Source: Nemertoderma westbladi (Eukaryota > Animalia > Xenacoelomorpha). From it: a DNA stretch of 64,000 nt. The position numbers and the translations under genes were made by a program. Below the pieces are notes generated by a model. That model was not told where the DNA came from, ran no database searches, and was given only the letters and a program-made list of their open reading frames with translations. The DNA is taken from contig JAUCBJ010005463.1 of assembly GCA_032718475.1 (NCBI GenBank), forward strand, positions 1 to 64,000. Direction: 5' to 3'. Position 1 is the stretch's first letter, and each line of letters begins with the position of its first letter. Shown one piece after another: positions 24,462 to 38,742 of the stretch.

Positions 24462-24799
24462 CTTTACTCTCTCGGTGGCTAGCAGTCACAGTCTCAGGCA
24501 ACTTGGGAATTTGTTACTGTTAGGGCAGCTGCTAAGAATTTGTTACTGTTAGGGCAGCTGCTAAGATTTTGTTATTTAGGGCAGGAGTACTTTGTTACTC
24601 TTTATCCGGTTGTTTGCTTACGCGTCCCCGCCGTGTGTATGTGGAAAGAGTTCTGGTTGAGAGTCTAAGTATCCTTGGTATGTATAATAACTGAGAACAG
24701 ATGATTGATAATAACTGAATGAGTACCGGTAAGATAGTAACTGAATGATGATGGTGGCGACGACGGTAACAAAGTCACCGCTCTGCCCTGACTGCACTG

Positions 24800-24840
24800 A
24801 GATAACTGAGCAAATAACATGGTTACCGGTAGTATATATT
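24800..24840 (-). promoter_or_regulatory. Candidate E3 LTR core promoter (TATA + Inr)
   Basis: On the minus strand, TATATA starts at 24838 and an Inr-like TCAGTT has its A at 24807, 31 nt downstream. Confidence 0.55.
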
Positions 24841-25699
24841 GCACCGTTGGCCGCATTACATTACGCAGTCGATGCTTGCCCTCCCATTGGCTGATAGCTC
24901 ACTTCTCGCCCTCCCATCTCTCTAGGAGTGTTCCTCCCCCGCTACTGTTATTCTCTCTCCCCTGGAGGTATAACCTCTGACCCCTATTGTGCGTATGCCC
25001 TCTGGGGTTTCTTTTCCCCATTTTATTGGGGTGATACAAGGTTGATTGGTAATCAACCTTGTACTCCCAATATTGCTTAAGGCGCTCTTTCCCACTTTAT
25101 GGGGGTTGGTGTGGCGGAATTGAATACGCTCACAATTGGGAAAGGGGCATCACAGTTTTTACCTAAGAAAGAGTAGAATTTGTGACAGTTACCCATGCGC
25201 ATTTTGATTTCGTCTTTGATCTGTTTCGCAATTAGGTTGATATCATTGCTCCGAGGTAGACATGAGAGCACATGAGAAATCTCGGTATCGCCCAACTTTA
25301 TAGGATACTGATCACTTTCTGCCGAAGATGAGGTAAGAGACCTGGATTTCTTTGGGTGAAGGATCCTTCCTATTTTATCACTGACACTTTTTAGGATGTT
25401 GAGTTTCTCAATTAGCATGTTCCGGTTGGTTGCAAATATGCGTCATCATCCATAAGGAGAGGGTACCATGAAGAGCCCCTAACCAGTCATCCGGTCCGTT
25501 CTTTTCGATTTCTGTTATTGTGGGGTCAATGTGGTTACAAAATAGTGGGCAGCTAGAAGGTTTCCCTGGCCGACACCGGGTGAGCTTTCAAAAGATGCAC
25601 CACCAATAATATTTGTTGTCTTCAACATAGTTTGTGCAAGGGCCCTGATGAAGCTTCCACCGCACCCCTGTTATTTCAGTCGTCGTAGCAAGACTATCC

Positions 25700-26050
25700 T
25701 GTTATATATATATTTTACTCACCAATATATTTTTTAATGATGTTCAACAATATATATTTTTCTCACCGATATATTATTTCATGATATTCACCAATATATA
25801 CTGTATTTTTCTCACCAATATATTTTTTCATAAGTTCACCAATATATTTTTTTTCTGACCAATATTTCTTTTTGTCACCAATATTTATTTTTGTCACCAA
25901 TATTTATTTTTTTCCTCACTACTATATATTTTCACTCATAAATATTTTATTTTTCTCACTAAAATATATTTTTTCTCACTAATATATATTTTTCTGACTA
26001 ATTTATATTTTTTTCTCACTAATATACAGTATATTTTTTCTGACCTTTTT
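25700..26050. repeat. AT-rich minisatellite (TTTTCTCACCAATATATT-like) inserted in the LINE
   Basis: About 15 degenerate units of tttt(c)tcac(c/t)aatat. Confidence 0.8.
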
Positions 26051-28144
26051 TCATTAACGGTGCCCCATAAAAGTATTCCTGTAAATATGTCATTGAAACA
26101 CATGGTTAGGGAGATTAACCAATAATTGTTTAAGAGTTTTAAGATCCCTGGAGGTAGACCATCTACACACCCGCCGATTTTGAGGCGTCGATTTTAAATT
26201 TCGCTAGACATTTGGCAACTTAATTTGGGTTTATTTCATCTAAAATAGGAATTACAGTCTCAATTGGACCTATTTTATTGTTTACAACGTCTTGAAGGGT
26301 TTAGAGAGATTTCCTTGCAGTTAACAGTTCCTCATATTGCAATCAAGACGTACTATATACAAGGCCATGCCATCGAGTTAACTGGGGGCGGTGACTGGGG
26401 GCAAGATTTTTTTTCAGTATGAGTTCCTCATATTGCATTCCAGATCGATTTTGAGTCACCTTTGCTTGCTAACCAATGCCATCTGCTTTCAGACTTCTTA
26501 TTACTCTGGCTGCGGTTAGCCATAGTGTATGTAACTGTCTCGGTGCTTTGACTTAGCTTAGACTTGATTAAAGAATTAGTTATCTTTGAATGCACTGCAT
26601 CACCCCCTATTGGAGCAGGGTTTTCATTCAAATGGGTCTTAAACTTGAGGTGATTGATTGAATTGTATGACAGTTTTGTTCGCGCTTTTAGACCTTAGCA
26701 GTTTAACCTGCCAATTTTAGTTGTCTTCTTGTTTATAAATCGACTTTAGCCTAGACCAATTATTTAGTGTACTAAAGTTACATCCGCCGAAGCCAGTCTG
26801 TGCGCGATCATTCACCCACAGTTAAGGGAGACTGGATTCGGGCGCTTTGAAAGTTATTGCTGTGCAGACCTACTGTATTATTCGATTGATCGTTGTTCGC
26901 GGTTTTAGACCTTTAGCAGTTTAACCTGCCAAATTTAGGTGTCTTCTAGGTTATATATCGACTTTAGCCTATAACAAGTATTTGATACACATAAAGTTAC
27001 ATTAGCCGAAGCCAGCCTATGCGCGATCATTCACCCACGGTTAAGGGAGACTGGATTCGGATGCTCTGACCTTATTGCGGTGTAGACCTACTGTATTATT
27101 CGATTGATCGTTACTATAATATCTCTGACAAATATTATTCACTTTCGGGAAATATTAACAGTTCCTTTAGGACGTGGCGCTCTAAGTATGTAAACAGAGT
27201 TATGACTTACACTAGACACAATGGGATGGCTATTGATTTTCGTATAAGGCGCATTCTTTAGGAAATGCTTTGTTATCTATCACACTCATGCACAATACCG
27301 CACACTGCTGCACACTGATCTGCCGACCTTCACTAATTTTAATCATATATAAGGAGAACAGCAACTGACACATGTAGGGTCTATGAAATAGCATTCATTT
27401 CACTCCAAAACCACTATAATGTGAGTCGCAATTGCTATATGTAACCGGTCTCTCTAACCTTCAGTATATCAAGAAGATTGGGGTTTTCTGATTATTCATC
27501 GATATTCTCCAAATATAACAACATTTCATCAAATGATAACACTTAATAACCGACAGTAAATAGCAGTAAAATAATGCGGTGAAAGGTCTGTAATGCATTG
27601 AATTATGTCGTGATGTACTGATAACAGTTATACGTTTCTATGATCAAAGCCGTTCTAATGTTTGGCTAAAGTCTGAAACACAGAATAATTCCACAGCCGA
27701 TGTTCTGGGCTCAGGAAAAAAGGTAAACAAAGACCATAATGCATTGCGCGATTTCCCGGAGGCTTCTGTTCAAATAAAATGAAAATCGCTCTGATTGGTC
27801 GAGCCGAACAAAGAACAAAGAAAAGCTCTACGTGGACATATCAGCTGATAGATGTCGTCATCTGAACTACACTGTATCAAGAGTATTTTGGCGTATTGCG
27901 GCATAAAATCGCTAGTTATGTCCGCTAAAGTACACATACAGAAAAATGGCTTTTTATGTCCACTAAAACACCTATACAGTAAGAAAACGGCTTTTTATGT
28001 CCGCTAAAACACCTACAGAGTACTTTGCGGGAAAAATGACTAGCTAGATCCGCAAAAGCCTTTACACCGCTCCCAGAAAATGGGATTTAATTCTATAAAA
28101 TATAAAAAATCACAGTTTCTAAAATATAAAAATACTCTAAACAG

Positions 28145-29861
28145 TTAGTCTTTCTTGCGCGGACGGCGTTTACGCAGTTTTTTGAGGCTAGCAAGAGTCC
28201 TTTTCTCTTTGGGGCGAGCCACTTTACTAGGAGGGCTATAACTCCTGGGTGAAGGGTGCAATATAATTGCATCGGAAGGTTTAGGGTTACGGTCGGTGTG
28301 TCCGCCGGTCGAGGTACCCGGTTGATCGGTATCAACCTCAGTGGAACGAGGTCGAACAACCTTGAGAGCGCGTTTTAAGACAGCAGCTCTTACTGGTCCC
28401 TGACGGGTCGTTTGCACGAGAGCGGTAGGTGGACCGTGTGTAGTGAGAAATTTCCTCGGTTTGATGATTCTTTCCAACTCGCGTTCTCAGGCTCTATCGG
28501 ATCGATATGCTTCTCCTCGAGCTGATTTTCCTCCGCTTGTCGTTGAAAGCATTCGTCCAAAACTCTTGCAGAAAGTAGAGTCGTCCAAGTTCGATATCTT
28601 CTTAGAGATTCTGGATTTCCTGATCGAACTGAGATAAAGCTAATTCGTTTACCGCTTGGACTTGCTGCTGCAATTTACGTTTCTCTAAACAATTGTAGGT
28701 TCCTTTTCCGATCTTTTGACGAATAGTGTCCAACGCGTTTCGTACAACTCTCTCCTCCACCTCGGTGACAGGTTGTATCGGGTTAAACCGGGACGATGAT
28801 ACGGTTGAATGGCGATATTAGATGTCCGCGTCCCAATCCGGCTAGGTAAGATGGGCGAATATCTAGGGAGCCCACAACCGGAGTGCCACCGACTAATTGT
28901 TCGGGTAACACTAGATCTTTGAACAGTGAGTACAGTTCGGGAGGATCCGTGATACTATTAGGATCAAGAGTCTGAGGTCTCACTAGGGAGTGAGGAGGTC
29001 TGACCGAGTATTCCGGAACTCTGATCATAGGTTTATTTAAGGATCGTTTGAGTCGAGCGAGCGTAGGTGATACATCGAACAAGTTTCGCTCGAAACTCCC
29101 GTAAATATAGCGAGTAAAACTGTGTTTAGAGCAACGTCTCCGCGGATGTTTATGTCTTTCCGTTTGTTGGTTGGGTCTTGGGCATTCATCGCAATAATAC
29201 CAAAGACGCACGTCTTGTAGGGGAAACGCGGGTGATATTTATCTCCAGTTTTACAATATTCCTCCATCTGTTCGAAGCTATCTGGGACGACAGGTAGCGG
29301 TCGATCGGCGGTAAGATACATCATAGTGAAATAGAGCCGTTTGAGTTCTATCATAGGGTCATGATGTATACCTTGAGGATATCGAGTTTCTAGATTTTGT
29401 TGACTGGCAATATTGAGATATGTTTCTCTCAAGAATTCCAGATAATCGTTGAAGTCGCTGCGTTTATCCGGCTCTTCAACGTCTTCTCTTTCGAGTCGGT
29501 TCCGAATAGAATTCTCGTGTTCTATTCTCGGTTTATCGTTCCGACTCCGCTGGGTATGATATTTAAATAGAACCATTTCCCTTTCGGTGTCTACATCGTC
29601 CGTATCGTGTAAATCGATAGGATGGCCAGTAGTTAAGAAGTCCATATACGTACCATTACGATGCGTATAGCGAGCGGTGAATTTTCTATAGTCCAATTCA
29701 CGCGTAAGTTGCTCCTGGGACATCGGCGGTTCGATATAACGACCATCGTCCTCCGTAGTAGTTGGACTAGCGTCGCCGCGTATCAAGCTATCAACAAACG
29801 CTTGTAAAGGTAGAGTATATCGCTCCCTGATACCAAGATCATCTTCTATCAACTCAGTCAT
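28145..29861 (-). pseudogene. E2 3' extra ORF, frameshifted, Cys-rich domain deleted
   Basis: The N-terminus MTELIEDDLGIRERY... and C-terminus ...KKLRKRRPRKKD match E1. The middle (~28500-29490) is absent from E1. Confidence 0.8.
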
Positions 29862-31300
29862 AGCTGCTATATGAGTTTATTAATATTATAATGAGTTTAT
29901 AATTAGGCTAGCGGGCGTCGCTGCCTACCCCTCTCGGCCCCCGGACAGTGCAAGATCCTCAGCGCCGATGTACCGTCGTCGCTGTGTTTTTCGCCAACGT
30001 AGTAGCTACACAACGACAACGATAACCGGCACAAGTCACTCCACTGTCCGTCCCAAAGGCTTAGATTTACTTCAGGTTCTTACTGCAGAGGTAGGGCTAC
30101 TTTCACAATTGCGACTCGCTACTGTAAACACACTTTAGTAGTAACATTCACCTATAAACGCACAAATTCCACACAACTGTCACAAATTGTACACATTCGG
30201 GCCATTTGTCCGTTAGTCAAGTGCCTTCCAGAATGCCACGTTATTATTATGTATCCTTGGATACTAGCAGTGTACTATTTATTCCCTATGCTATTCAATG
30301 GGGCAAGCTTTCTATTGTTCTTTTAACTCGCTTCTAATTCTAGCGTGGTTGTTACTATGGTGACATTATGGAAAGCTAGCGGTAGAATTAGGGTAATTTC
30401 CATGCATACAGATCTGGGATGCTATTTAATAGTAATTCTTTAATTGTCAATATCCCTTTTATACATGATTTTATGAATTTTATCAGCTATTGACTATATA
30501 TTGGAGATTCTCGCACACTAATACACTTAATAGAGTGAATCTCCGCTCCCATGATCTATTAATTAATGGAATTTTGGGAATATTATAAATTGTATAAAAT
30601 GACAATTTATCAAATTCATTAAAAGAGATGAATTTAAATTTATTCCCGTAAATTTTATTATTTATCCTTAAAACAGACATAATTTTATTCCAGAGCATGT
30701 CTGGTGACTAGGATCCTTAATTCTAGGAAATTTGTCCTTTTAAGAGTATCGGTAAGTGCTACGATATCTTAATCGACTAGAATTTTAAAGGATCTACATT
30801 TTAACAGATTTGGATTTATAGAATTTCTAGAGTTAACTCGTAAGTATTTACTCTATTGTATCTGTTTGACAGATTTTATAAATATTAATAGTTAATATTT
30901 AAGATGGGCACCGGTTTATTCCAGAACATGTCTGGGGACGTTAACCACTGATTCTAGAATTTTGTCTTTCAAGTATATCGGTGGGTGCCGCGATATCTTA
31001 ATCGACTAGAATTACAGATGGTCAAAGGGTTTAACAGATTTATTTTGCGTTTTACGCTACTGTTAAAGGGACATCACGCTACTATATGTATTATTTAATA
31101 TACGGTATGAGAGCAATATCGCAAGAAGCAATGTCAGTGAGAAGAGGCAAGTCGTTTCCAAGGTCTACCCAGAGCTTGGTTTAGCCGAGACACAAGGATC
31201 TGAATTTTGCATTCCTAATACTCTACTTACCAATAATACTTGAATATAGTAGGAGCTTTATTGTACTTTAATAAGTACGGACATTTCATCTTACTGTAGT

Positions 31301-32766
31301 AATCTAAATACATAAATGCACCCCTCCGTGTGAAGGAAAAGGTCTGGATGCGTGCCTTATCAATGGTATTTTATACAACTGCGAGGGTTGGCACAACGTT
31401 AACACTTCGAAACTAGAAGCTCAATATCGACGAGTCTTAAAGACAATACTTGGAGTGAAACTGTCCACACCAAACGAAATACCATATATCGAACTCGGTC
31501 GCCCACTTTTGACTGACATCATAAAGTCGCGAACTACAAATTTAATTAAACGTATTCTATCACAAGATTACCCAGATCAGAATTCACCACTGTTATTAAT
31601 TCTAAACTCAAGCGAAGCGAACTACTCCCCAATGTGCCGATCCCTCAAAGCGTGTCTGACCTCCGACAGCCCAGAAATTATATTGGAGAAATCCCTCTCA
31701 ACACTGAAAAACGCCGTAATCAGGAAAGCAGCCCTAGGAAAGAGTCGTTATGTGACTTATTTGACCATTAACCCTGATCTCAAACGCCCACAGGCATATA
31801 ACGGGATCTACTCCAACCCGGACATCCACTCATTTGCTCGTATTCGCACCAGTTCCCACGAACTCGCAATAGAAAAGGGACGGTATAACCGCACACCACG
31901 TGACCAACGTACTTGCATATGTGGCGTCATTGAGGACGAGGAACACGTCACACTAAAATGCAAACTGTACAACTCGCTGAGAGACCAATTTATCGACAAT
32001 CCCGCATCGGTCGACTCTCTGACCGACCTACTTGATCTACCGAACGCCCCATGTTATATATCCCAACTATTCCAGACAAGAAAGACTATTATTAATGAGC
32101 GACGGCAGGCTAACCCCTAAGAAACTATACATTATATTACCGTATCTATTTATTATTATTCACTATATTAGTAACAAAACAATTCAATACTAACTATATT
32201 TATATATTAACTATTTATTACATAAAATTATATTATATATTAGTAACACTATCTATTTATTATTATAATTATATATTAAATACATTACGTTCGATTAGAC
32301 CTACCCTATATAATACATCTTTAATATATAATATTATTATTATTATATCATAATGCGTACAGTACAGCATATTTATAGGTCTTGCATTCGACAGGTCAGT
32401 CAAGCGATATAATCTTACATCCACTTTATACATTCAGTCATTATATTTACTTTAATTACGAAATTTATACACCCGTTTTTATATATTCAGTCACTATATT
32501 TTGCTTTAAATTCTAAGTACAGATTTATACTTATATTTTTCAGTAATTCACTATACATTCACATAACTAACAAATCCGTTTTATATATTCAGTTACTATA
32601 TTTGCTTCAAATACTATTCTCTTCGATCGGACTACTACATTTATAAAGTATTATTTTCGTGCAATTTGCTTAACATACTACTGCAAATTTGTAAATCATC
32701 GGTAAACAATTTCTCTGTGCAATTATTATTCTACATAGTAGTCGATAATATACATACATACATACA
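31301..32766 (+). mobile_element. 5'-truncated LINE inserted in E2
   Basis: ORF 31455-32120 has STPNEIPYIELG and RTSSHELAIEKGRY...CICG...EEHVTLKC (LINE ORF2 C-terminal CCHC region). AT-rich 3' UTR and (TACA)n tail. Flanked by TAGT/TAGT. Absent from the homologous E1 site. Confidence 0.88.
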
Positions 32767-33040
32767 TAGTCACATATTTATAATGTACTACGGACAGTAA
32801 GGAAAGAGAAAAAAGAATTATTTCTCGCCGTCGCACTAAATATATAATATATAAGTAATTAAGTAATAAACGCGAATATATATATGGCACTAATCTACTA
32901 AATAATCGCTAAAATAACATTCTACTAAATAAAATTAAAGAAAACGATTATAATGAAATTACATAATAATACATACCTAAATATAAAAATAATAAAGACA
33001 GATATAAAATAATATAGTCACACACCCACTCCAGACGCTG

Positions 33041-36000
33041 TCACGTTGGGGAGTCCCTAGATGTTTGTTGGATTAGGGAGGTGGTCGTGGGAAGAGTATC
33101 TTGCCTTCCATAGTTTCCGGAGAGTTCTCTGTCTCTTTCCAGTAAACATAAACGACCAACTGGGCGATTGAGCTGCTGTGTCTCGAAGACAATTCCCGGT
33201 TTCTTAAAGTTACGTCGCATGACGACGAGTTCTACCGATCGCACCAAACCATCATCCGAGATATGAGTCTCGATGATACGACCTGTCTGCCACCGCTTAC
33301 GTGGAAGATCTAAGTCCACAATAAGGACCATGTCTCCGGCGCTGACGTTTTCTTGCTGCGCGAACCACTTAGTTCGAAGTTGTAGCGTAGGCAGATAATG
33401 TTTTTCGAAATGGTCAGCGAAACGACGGGATAACAACTGCATAAGTTGCCAAGTTTGCCGGCAGTATTCGTCTCCGTCCTTGATTTCCGATCATGGGAGC
33501 ATGGCTACAGGTTTCTTCAGTAGGAAGTGCGCGGGTTTTAGCGCTTCCAGGGAATCGGGACTCGATGAGACTGGCATAAGCGGTCTCTCGTTGAGATAGG
33601 CGGCGATTTCCTCCATTAACGTCCGCAAAAGTTCGTCGGTGAGATACGCGCGGCACGGCACTATAAAGTGAAATGCAGTCTTCACGCTCCTGATTAATCT
33701 CTCCCAACTTCCTCCCCACCAAGGGGCGCGGCGTTGAAGGTCCAGCTAGACACTGTTACCCTTAGCTGATCGTCCACCTGTCTTTGGTTCCAATCTTTGA
33801 CGTAAGCCTTGATTTCATTGTTGGCACCAATGAAGTTCGTTCCCTTATCAGATCTCAAAGTGTTACTAGTTCCAAAGCGAGCGATCTGTCGGCGTAAGCT
33901 CAATATGAAGCTATTGGTAGATAAATCGTTCACCATATCGAGATGGATAGCTCTACAAGTCATACAGACAAAGATGACACACCATCTCTTGACTATAGTC
34001 CTAGCACGATATACTTCAATAGGGCCAAATAAATCCACACCGGTATTAGTAAAGGGTGGTTCATAGAAGCTTACTCGTTCCCTAGGTAATTCTGCCTCTC
34101 GCTGTGTTAAAGGCCTACTGAATGCTTTCCTACAGGGTATGCAGTTCCTAAGAACTTGGTTCAGAGCTCTACGGGGTTTATGAAAATAATAGCGAGTTCG
34201 AATTTCGCTAAGAACTCGTTCTCTACCAGCATGATAAAGCTTACTGTGAACATCTACAATCATCTTGATTTGTATTTCAAGATTTCTAATGAGTATGGGA
34301 AACTTAGTGTCAAAGGATAATGGAGCATTAGTTACTCTTCCTCCAACACGTATTAACCCATCTATCATTGTGCTAGAGAAACGATCCCTTAAGCGCATCT
34401 GTGGATTTCTCAACAACAGGAAATACTTATCGGAATCCTCATAGCATTGCAGGAGTCTCAGTATCTGCTTATTGGTTTCTTCATGCTCCTGGTAACTGAT
34501 CTTCTCCTTCAGAAACCTGTCGGATATCTTGTATTTGGGAAGATCTTTAACAACATGGACCTGCGCAGATGTCAGTGGAGCGGTATCACTAGTGGTCTTC
34601 GTCCTGGAGTAGTGATGATGAAAACATCGCTTTAAATATGTAACGGCCTTACAGAGCCGATTCCAGGAACTATAATGATGTATCGCTCTCTGCAGGAGAG
34701 GTGAGAGTCCTTGCGAGATGTCTGGTATTCCAGATTTCCAATCCCTCTCTCTGATTTCCACAACAGACTTATTTGTGGCTGTGGGTTTCGGATCCAAAGC
34801 GTCGTCTCCGGAAGTGTGTAGTACAGACAGATCTACCACAGGTTTAAATAACTTCGATTTACTCGCCCGAGTTTTAGGTTTGACTTTCTCCGCTCCCTTG
34901 GCCTGTCTAATCTCCGCCGTAGTAAGATGAGGAGGCCATTCATCCTCTTCTTTGCTTAGGAAGTCGGGTCCACCTAACCAGTCTGGAGTATCTATCAGTT
35001 CTTGTAGAGTTGCTCCCCTGGAGGCGATGTCGGCTGGATTAATCGTTCCGGGGCAATGTCTCCATTGATCTATCTTCGTGCGACTAAGTATAATGGCTAC
35101 TCTGTTGGTAAAGAAGACGCTGAACTGACAGACTTCATTGGTTATATACTCCAACACGAGTAAAGCGTCGGTCCAATAGACAGTTTTCTCCAGGGGATAG
35201 TCGATCTGTTCTGTTACATTCCGGCCGATGGCTGTAGCGTATAGAGCCGCTTTTAACTCCGCTCGAGGAACTTTCAACTTGTTGTTTATCAATGCCTTAG
35301 AGGTAACTAAGGCGACTTTGATTCCGTCCGGAGTTTCCACCCTTAGGTAGGCTACTATACCGATTCCCATATCGCTGGCGTCTCCAAACACATGGAGTTG
35401 ATATGAATACGTAGGGAGAACATGACCAAAATATGAACGGGAAATTATAAAGTTTTCGATGGCTGGTAGAGAATCTTCCCATTTCATCCACTTCTTTAAT
35501 AGTTCTCCCTTAAGTGGATCGTCCCATGAGTGGTTTTAAAGCCACATTTGTTATACTAAACTCCGAGCAATCAATATAACTGGGCTAATAAATCCCAATG
35601 GATCGAAATAAGTGCTCAGGATACTTAGACAAATCCATTTAGTCCGAACTGGATTATCTCGCTGTTTTAGCTGGAAAAACAGGATATCTCTCTCCGTGTC
35701 CCATTTCAAACCAAGCGTCTTGGTTTCTGGAAGATCGTCCTTGATAAGGTCTAGATCTTTAACTCCTCGGTCTTCTACCGGGATCGATTCCAGAAACTCA
35801 CGGGAGTTGCTGGTGAATTTAGTTAATCGAAATCCACCTCTTTTCAAGCACTCTACCGTTCCTTTGGCGACAACAATGGCCTCTTCCACCGATGGGAGGG
35901 ACTTTAAATTGTCGTCCATGTATATATCCCGTTTGATGTTGTCGATAACCTCTTTAGAGAAGGCGTCCCGGTTGTCATCAGCAGTGGTGCGCACTACTGA

Positions 36001-38742
36001 GCAGGCGTTTGAAGGGCTCGAGATGATCCCAAAAGCCTGGATGGTCATCCAGTACTCCACCGGTTTCTGGTTGAAGTCTCCTTCAGGCCACCACAGAAAT
36101 CGTAGGCTGTCTCGATCTCTATCCAGCGCCTTAACTTGTAAGAACATGCCTTCTATATCCGAGGCAAAGGCGATCGAATATTGTCGTAATCTTAAGAGTA
36201 TTCCCAACAAGGATTGTAGTAAGTTGGGTCCTGGCAACAACTCGGAGTTAAGGGATTGGCCCATGTAGAGGGCGGAGCCGTCAAATACTACCCGGACTTC
36301 GTTGGGTTTACCGGGTTTGGGAACGTAATGGTGTGTTAAATAGTACGTTCTCTCAGTTATGGGTGTTCCTTCCGGTACTCGCTCCGCATATCCCTTGTCA
36401 ATGAATTTCTTCAGCTGGGTCTTGTACATCTCCTTAGCTGAAGCATTTGCCGTAAGGCGTCGATGTAGTTGCGCAATTATCTTCTCCGCCAAGGGTCGGT
36501 TGCGGATAAAACCCGTTCTTAGACCCGTTCTTTGGGTAACCTTTCCATGAGAGTTCTACGGGAAGGGCCAGTAAAGTACCAGCCTACTCTAGTTCTTCCC
36601 GCATAGGTTTGTAGTGGTTGCGGTTGAGCAGGCCGTTTCTCCAATGTCTCAAGCGCCTCATGCGCATTTTGGCCGATGAGTATTTGCACTCCAGGGTAGT
36701 CTGTGTTGAATCTAGGTATCTTATGCTGCTGGGTGAAATTGTCCTCATCCCAGTTATAAGGTTCCACTTGGCTGGTAGCGAAGTTCTTTATCGCCACCAT
36801 TTTTACTGACCTTATACTGTGTTCTCCTAGTTCATCCTGGGGGGTGGACAACGCGCCTACATAGTAGTCTGTAGTGACTGTGGATTTCCAAACCTGCATA
36901 ATTCCTGACATATTCAACTTGGTTCGGAACTTGGGTTGTCCAGCAAAGATGTCTTTGGCTAGTTCCTTGTCGATGAATGTTCCTGTGCTGCTGGAGTCAA
37001 GGAGGGCGTTCACTATATAGCTCTTTTCAGGCCCGTGGACTCTCAACTGCACTACGGGAAATTCTCGGATTCCTACGTTGGAAGTTGGTGCTTTCCAAGA
37101 TGGTTGTCGGTCAGGAGTAGTTAGGGGGAGCTCACTGTCGGTTTCTTTCTCATACGTAAGTGCTCGATACACTGCGGTATTTATTAGGTAACAGAATTCG
37201 TTTTCGTCGGAGAATTCATCCATATAGAATCCTTCCATCTCAGAACTTTGATCAGTGTCGTTCACATCACTGAATTGGACATGTAGTTCGGACTCACTTA
37301 CCTGACTCGGGCTGTTTCTTTCGAATTCAGTGTGCAACAAGATATGTTTCGCGCCGCACTTTGCACACCTTGCGTCGGAGTAACAGGTTCGCCGTTGCTG
37401 TCCTTGTCTGAGGCAATTATAACACAACCGCTTATCCCACATGACTTCACGTCTATCTTTTAGTGACTTCTTTAAAAATTCATCACACGCACTTAAACGG
37501 TGGGGCCCGTCACACAGCGCACATTTCGGTTTGATGTTACTTACCTTACTTTGGGTAACGTTGTTCGTTCGTTCCTCGGGCTTTCTTCAGTGAATTCTCT
37601 TAGGAGACATAGGAGGAGTTTTTCTTACCTGTTCTCTCCTGTCATTGGTTCGAGACTTAAATTTACTTACGTCTTTAGACGCTTTGTTGACATAGTAAGA
37701 TCTTTCAGTGTCTTTCCCGCTGTCCTCCTCTTGAGAGGCCTGGCTTTCGCCGTCGTCTGTATAACACACTGGTGTTACCTTTCTCCTAGAAACGGGTTTC
37801 TCACTTACCTTATTTTCCGGTGTCTTCTCTCTGGACTGCTTTAGGAGCTGTAGTTTTACCTCTCCATCTAAGAATGACATGAGATCAGCCATGGTAGGGT
37901 CTCTTCGTTGTTGTTCCATCATATATAACACTTTCTTATCCCAGCGTGTACCTACTCCACCCTTGAGTAAAGTAGATGCTACGGCTCCAATAACCATAGA
38001 ACTCTGATATTCATGAGACTTACCTAGCCAATCTAATTGTCTACAGATCTCTTGAATCTCATCGGAAAACTCTATAATCCCGCTGCTAATGAACTTTCGG
38101 GGGGCTACAAATTTTGCATACAAATACCTAGCTATGTTATTCCTATTATCATACTTGATGTTTAGTGTATCCCAAACTTGTCTTAATCCATCTGGATGTC
38201 CAATAAACTTTAACGCCATTAACTTGGGAGATCCTTCCAAGCACTCGATGAGGAATCTAAGTTTCTCTCCGTTAGATAGCACCGAGTTCTGTATGTTATC
38301 TTTGTAATATTCATTAAAAGGTAACCATTTCATCTCATCTCCATTGAACTTGACGATCTCTCCCACCTTTACCGCTTGACGGGCTTCGGTTCTAGCCATT
38401 TGACGCGTAAAACTTTCTTGGGCCATCGTGTTATTTAATATCGAGTTATCGGTATATAAATTTCTCGGATTATTATCAAGTCTATGTGGAATATCATTGT
38501 CAACATGTTTATAATTACCCTTAATAGGGTTTACTATAGGAGTTTCCACTTCACTAGCAGTATAGATGCGTGTAGGCTCCACACCTTGCGCATGAAATAC
38601 TTCAGACCTAACAGGTTGACACATTGTTACCGGGGTTGGTGGTATACCCATTTGGGTATTTACTAATTTCGCTTACGTCCTTCTGGGCTCCTCCCCGAGG
38701 CGCAGCCATGAGGCGGACGCTTTTCCACTACCCTTGGGGCCA
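33041..38742 (-). pseudogene. E2 pol copy 2 (gag C-half, PR, RT, RNase H, integrase) with stops, frameshifts and a 417-bp deletion
   Basis: RT IYMDD, RNase H LHVFGDAS, WTDA and NPAD, integrase HSKLYH...CIPC, GVDLFGP and SDKGTNF, C-terminal DUF5641-like LQLRTKW...DDGLVRSV. Confidence 0.92.

Larger units (their letters stand above)
17835..25134 (-). mobile_element. BEL/Pao LTR element E3 (non-autonomous, distinct family)
   Basis: 3' LTR 17835-18392 (TGTGA...TCACA). 5' LTR ~24601-25134, lacking its last ~24 bp. PPT GGGGGGAG at 18393-18400. TSD ATTAG/ATTGG (one mismatch). Pao-type gag knuckle and protease; no RT found. Confidence 0.88.
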
